A program made the position numbers and the translations under genes. From positions 62,001 through 126,000 of the forward strand of contig NW_021832430.1 of the NCBI RefSeq assembly GCF_006345805.1: a stretch of DNA of 64,000 nt. Direction: 5' to 3'. This document shows positions 62,227 through 64,000 of the stretch, in pieces. Position 1 is the stretch's first letter; every line of letters starts with the position of its first letter. The notes below the pieces were generated by a model. It was not told the DNA's origin and ran no database searches. It saw only the letters and a list, made by a program, of their open reading frames with translations. This DNA comes from Octopus sinensis. Lineage: Eukaryota.

Positions 62227-64000
62227 TTATTTATCTTTTTTAAGCAGCCAGGAAATCACCTCTTTATCATCATAATAATTTTCGGGACTTTTGGAAAATA
62301 ATTTATCACCGTCTTTTATCATTCTTAAGGGAATCGAGTTCTATTTGATTTAATTAATGAACATTACAAAATTTTCCATCAGATTCATATTGTCGATCAA
62401 CACCAAATCTTGATTCATAAAAAAGTATTTTTGAAATTGATTCTAAAAGTAAGAGCGTACTTATAACGGTCGAGCGACAAATTGCCTCAAGTTGTTTTCC
62501 CACTAATGTCTTCCATTTTTTCCCTGCAGGTTGCTTTATTTCAAGTAAAGATTGCAGTTTGTTAAAATTTTCACCATAAACCGTCTTAAGCAAGTTCATT
62601 CTGACATTGTTGTGATAGTTTTACCCTGCTTTCATTGACTGACGCATTTGACAAGTTGTTGTCAAGCGGCGAATTGTAATTACTGGACTTCTTGTGGTTT
62701 TCTTTTTTGTTATTTTACTCGGAGTAAGGATTGCCGAAAACATTACAATTCTATCCTGGTCAAATTTTTCATCGAGAAATTTTGTCCCAATAATAGTGGG
62801 TTCGTACCACTGCACAATAAACCCCGGTTCTAAAAGCTGCCATACAATAAATAACTTATTCGACTAGCAGACATTACTGGTAGAAAAATATGTGCTTTCA
62901 GATTTTCTACCATGTCAGAATAGTCTATTGATAATTGAGACAGCAATACTTTTGTCAATGCATGCTAGAAAGGAGTGTAGAAAGAAAAGTCTGTGACTCA
63001 ATTTTGATGAAGAGTAGGGTGTGATTGGAGATAGATTTTCATGTTTTCCAGTTGTTGGAGGATCCATCTTGTTCTCAAAATGTTTGATTATGAAATTTAA
63101 ATGATTGTTACTCATTTGCTGGTATTGAGCAAAAATGTCTATTTTATAGTTACCTACTGTACCGTGATAGTTTTCATTTTCGGATTTTCGAGAGTATATT
63201 TCGGTTTTTTTCAATACGTGGAAAAAAGTCGGATTTATGTTTTTGACATCCATTTTTTGTGCTATTTTAGCATATTTATAAGGAACTCGAAAAAATTTTC
63301 TTTTCTACGAATAATTCTACTGCCTTTTCCATTTTATTTGAAAAATTTCTAGTTTCATTTATTGCATTATCTGCAGAGCTGATCAGACTCACCATTTGTA
63401 ATCCATTCCATGCCTGTAATTTAACATTAGAGCAGTCGATTGGAACTATTCTTAGGCCATCCTCTTCCTTCTAATAATTCAACAAAGAACAACCGTATTG
63501 GCCCCTTCTCTTTCGCTTGCACACGAAGCCACGAAAGTTAAGATCAACTTTTTAAGGTACCTAGATAGTAAAAGAACTCGATACTTTAAATTCATCCCGC
63601 ATTTAAAATATTGGGAAATTCCAATAGTCATGTGCTCAATATTATGATTGGAGATACATCCATGGCAGTACATCAAGGATTGGACATATCCTACCAATTT
63701 ATTATGATGATTACCAATTTCTAGATGAAATTCAGCTTGTAACAAAAAATCAGAATTTTCGATAATTTTTAAATCATCTAGAAGTTGAAACAAGTTTTTT
63801 TGTATTGTGATTAGACTATTTTTTATTTCTTGTGCACTATAAAAATGTCAATTATATAAAAGTGACTTCTCTTCGGGAAAAATAATCGTCTTTCTCAATT
63901 TTAGACAGTTTGTCCTAAATTTCAGTTTGATTAATGGCATCACAAAGGAACTGTATATAGAGTCTCCCTCATATAACGAATACTAGAAATACTTTAATGA
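62227..64000 (-). CDS. 3' part of a large spliced gene running off the window, possibly CFAP54-like
   Basis: Successive minus-strand exons with micro-introns. AWNGLQMVSLIS, MQWYEP and terminal VISWLL loosely recall the CFAP54 C-terminus (from memory, weak). Confidence 0.45.

Overview
AT-rich, gene-dense eukaryotic (metazoan) nuclear DNA. Its spliceosomal introns are very small (mostly 22-30 nt, GT-AG, one GC-AG), so the ORF track shows only exon fragments. The tiny introns, animal genes (TGF-beta ligand, ADAMTS) and several ciliary genes fit a compact-genome ciliated parasite such as a dicyemid mesozoan (inference, not verified). About 17 protein-coding genes can be recognised: KATNIP-like, ODC, Myc-like bHLH, TGF-beta ligand, ZMYND12, NOSIP, ADAMTS, CFAP210, POLR1D, BRK1, WASP, MRPS15, R3H-SUZ protein, NADSYN1, DPP8/9, ASH2L, SMC4 and HP1, plus the 3' end of a possible CFAP54 and a DNAJC13 pseudogene fragment. 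Intergenic space holds more than 10 5'-truncated CRE-type RLE retrotransposon copies, R4/Dong-like and APE-type LINE relics, hAT (Buster-type) elements with clear TSDs, a Tc1 element and a pogo relic. Most notable: (1) a 76-bp inverted copy of an ASH2L exon inserted about 8 kb away between perfect 24-bp direct repeats; (2) an NAD synthetase with an apparently dead glutaminase domain; (3) tandem exon+intron duplication in WASP, which also lacks CRIB and the acidic Trp; (4) stopless 3n micro-introns inside catalytic motifs; (5) a TGF-beta ligand lacking the dimerisation Cys; (6) a ~147-nt fold-back element after the Myc-like gene. All splice models were derived by eye and some gene ends are approximate.
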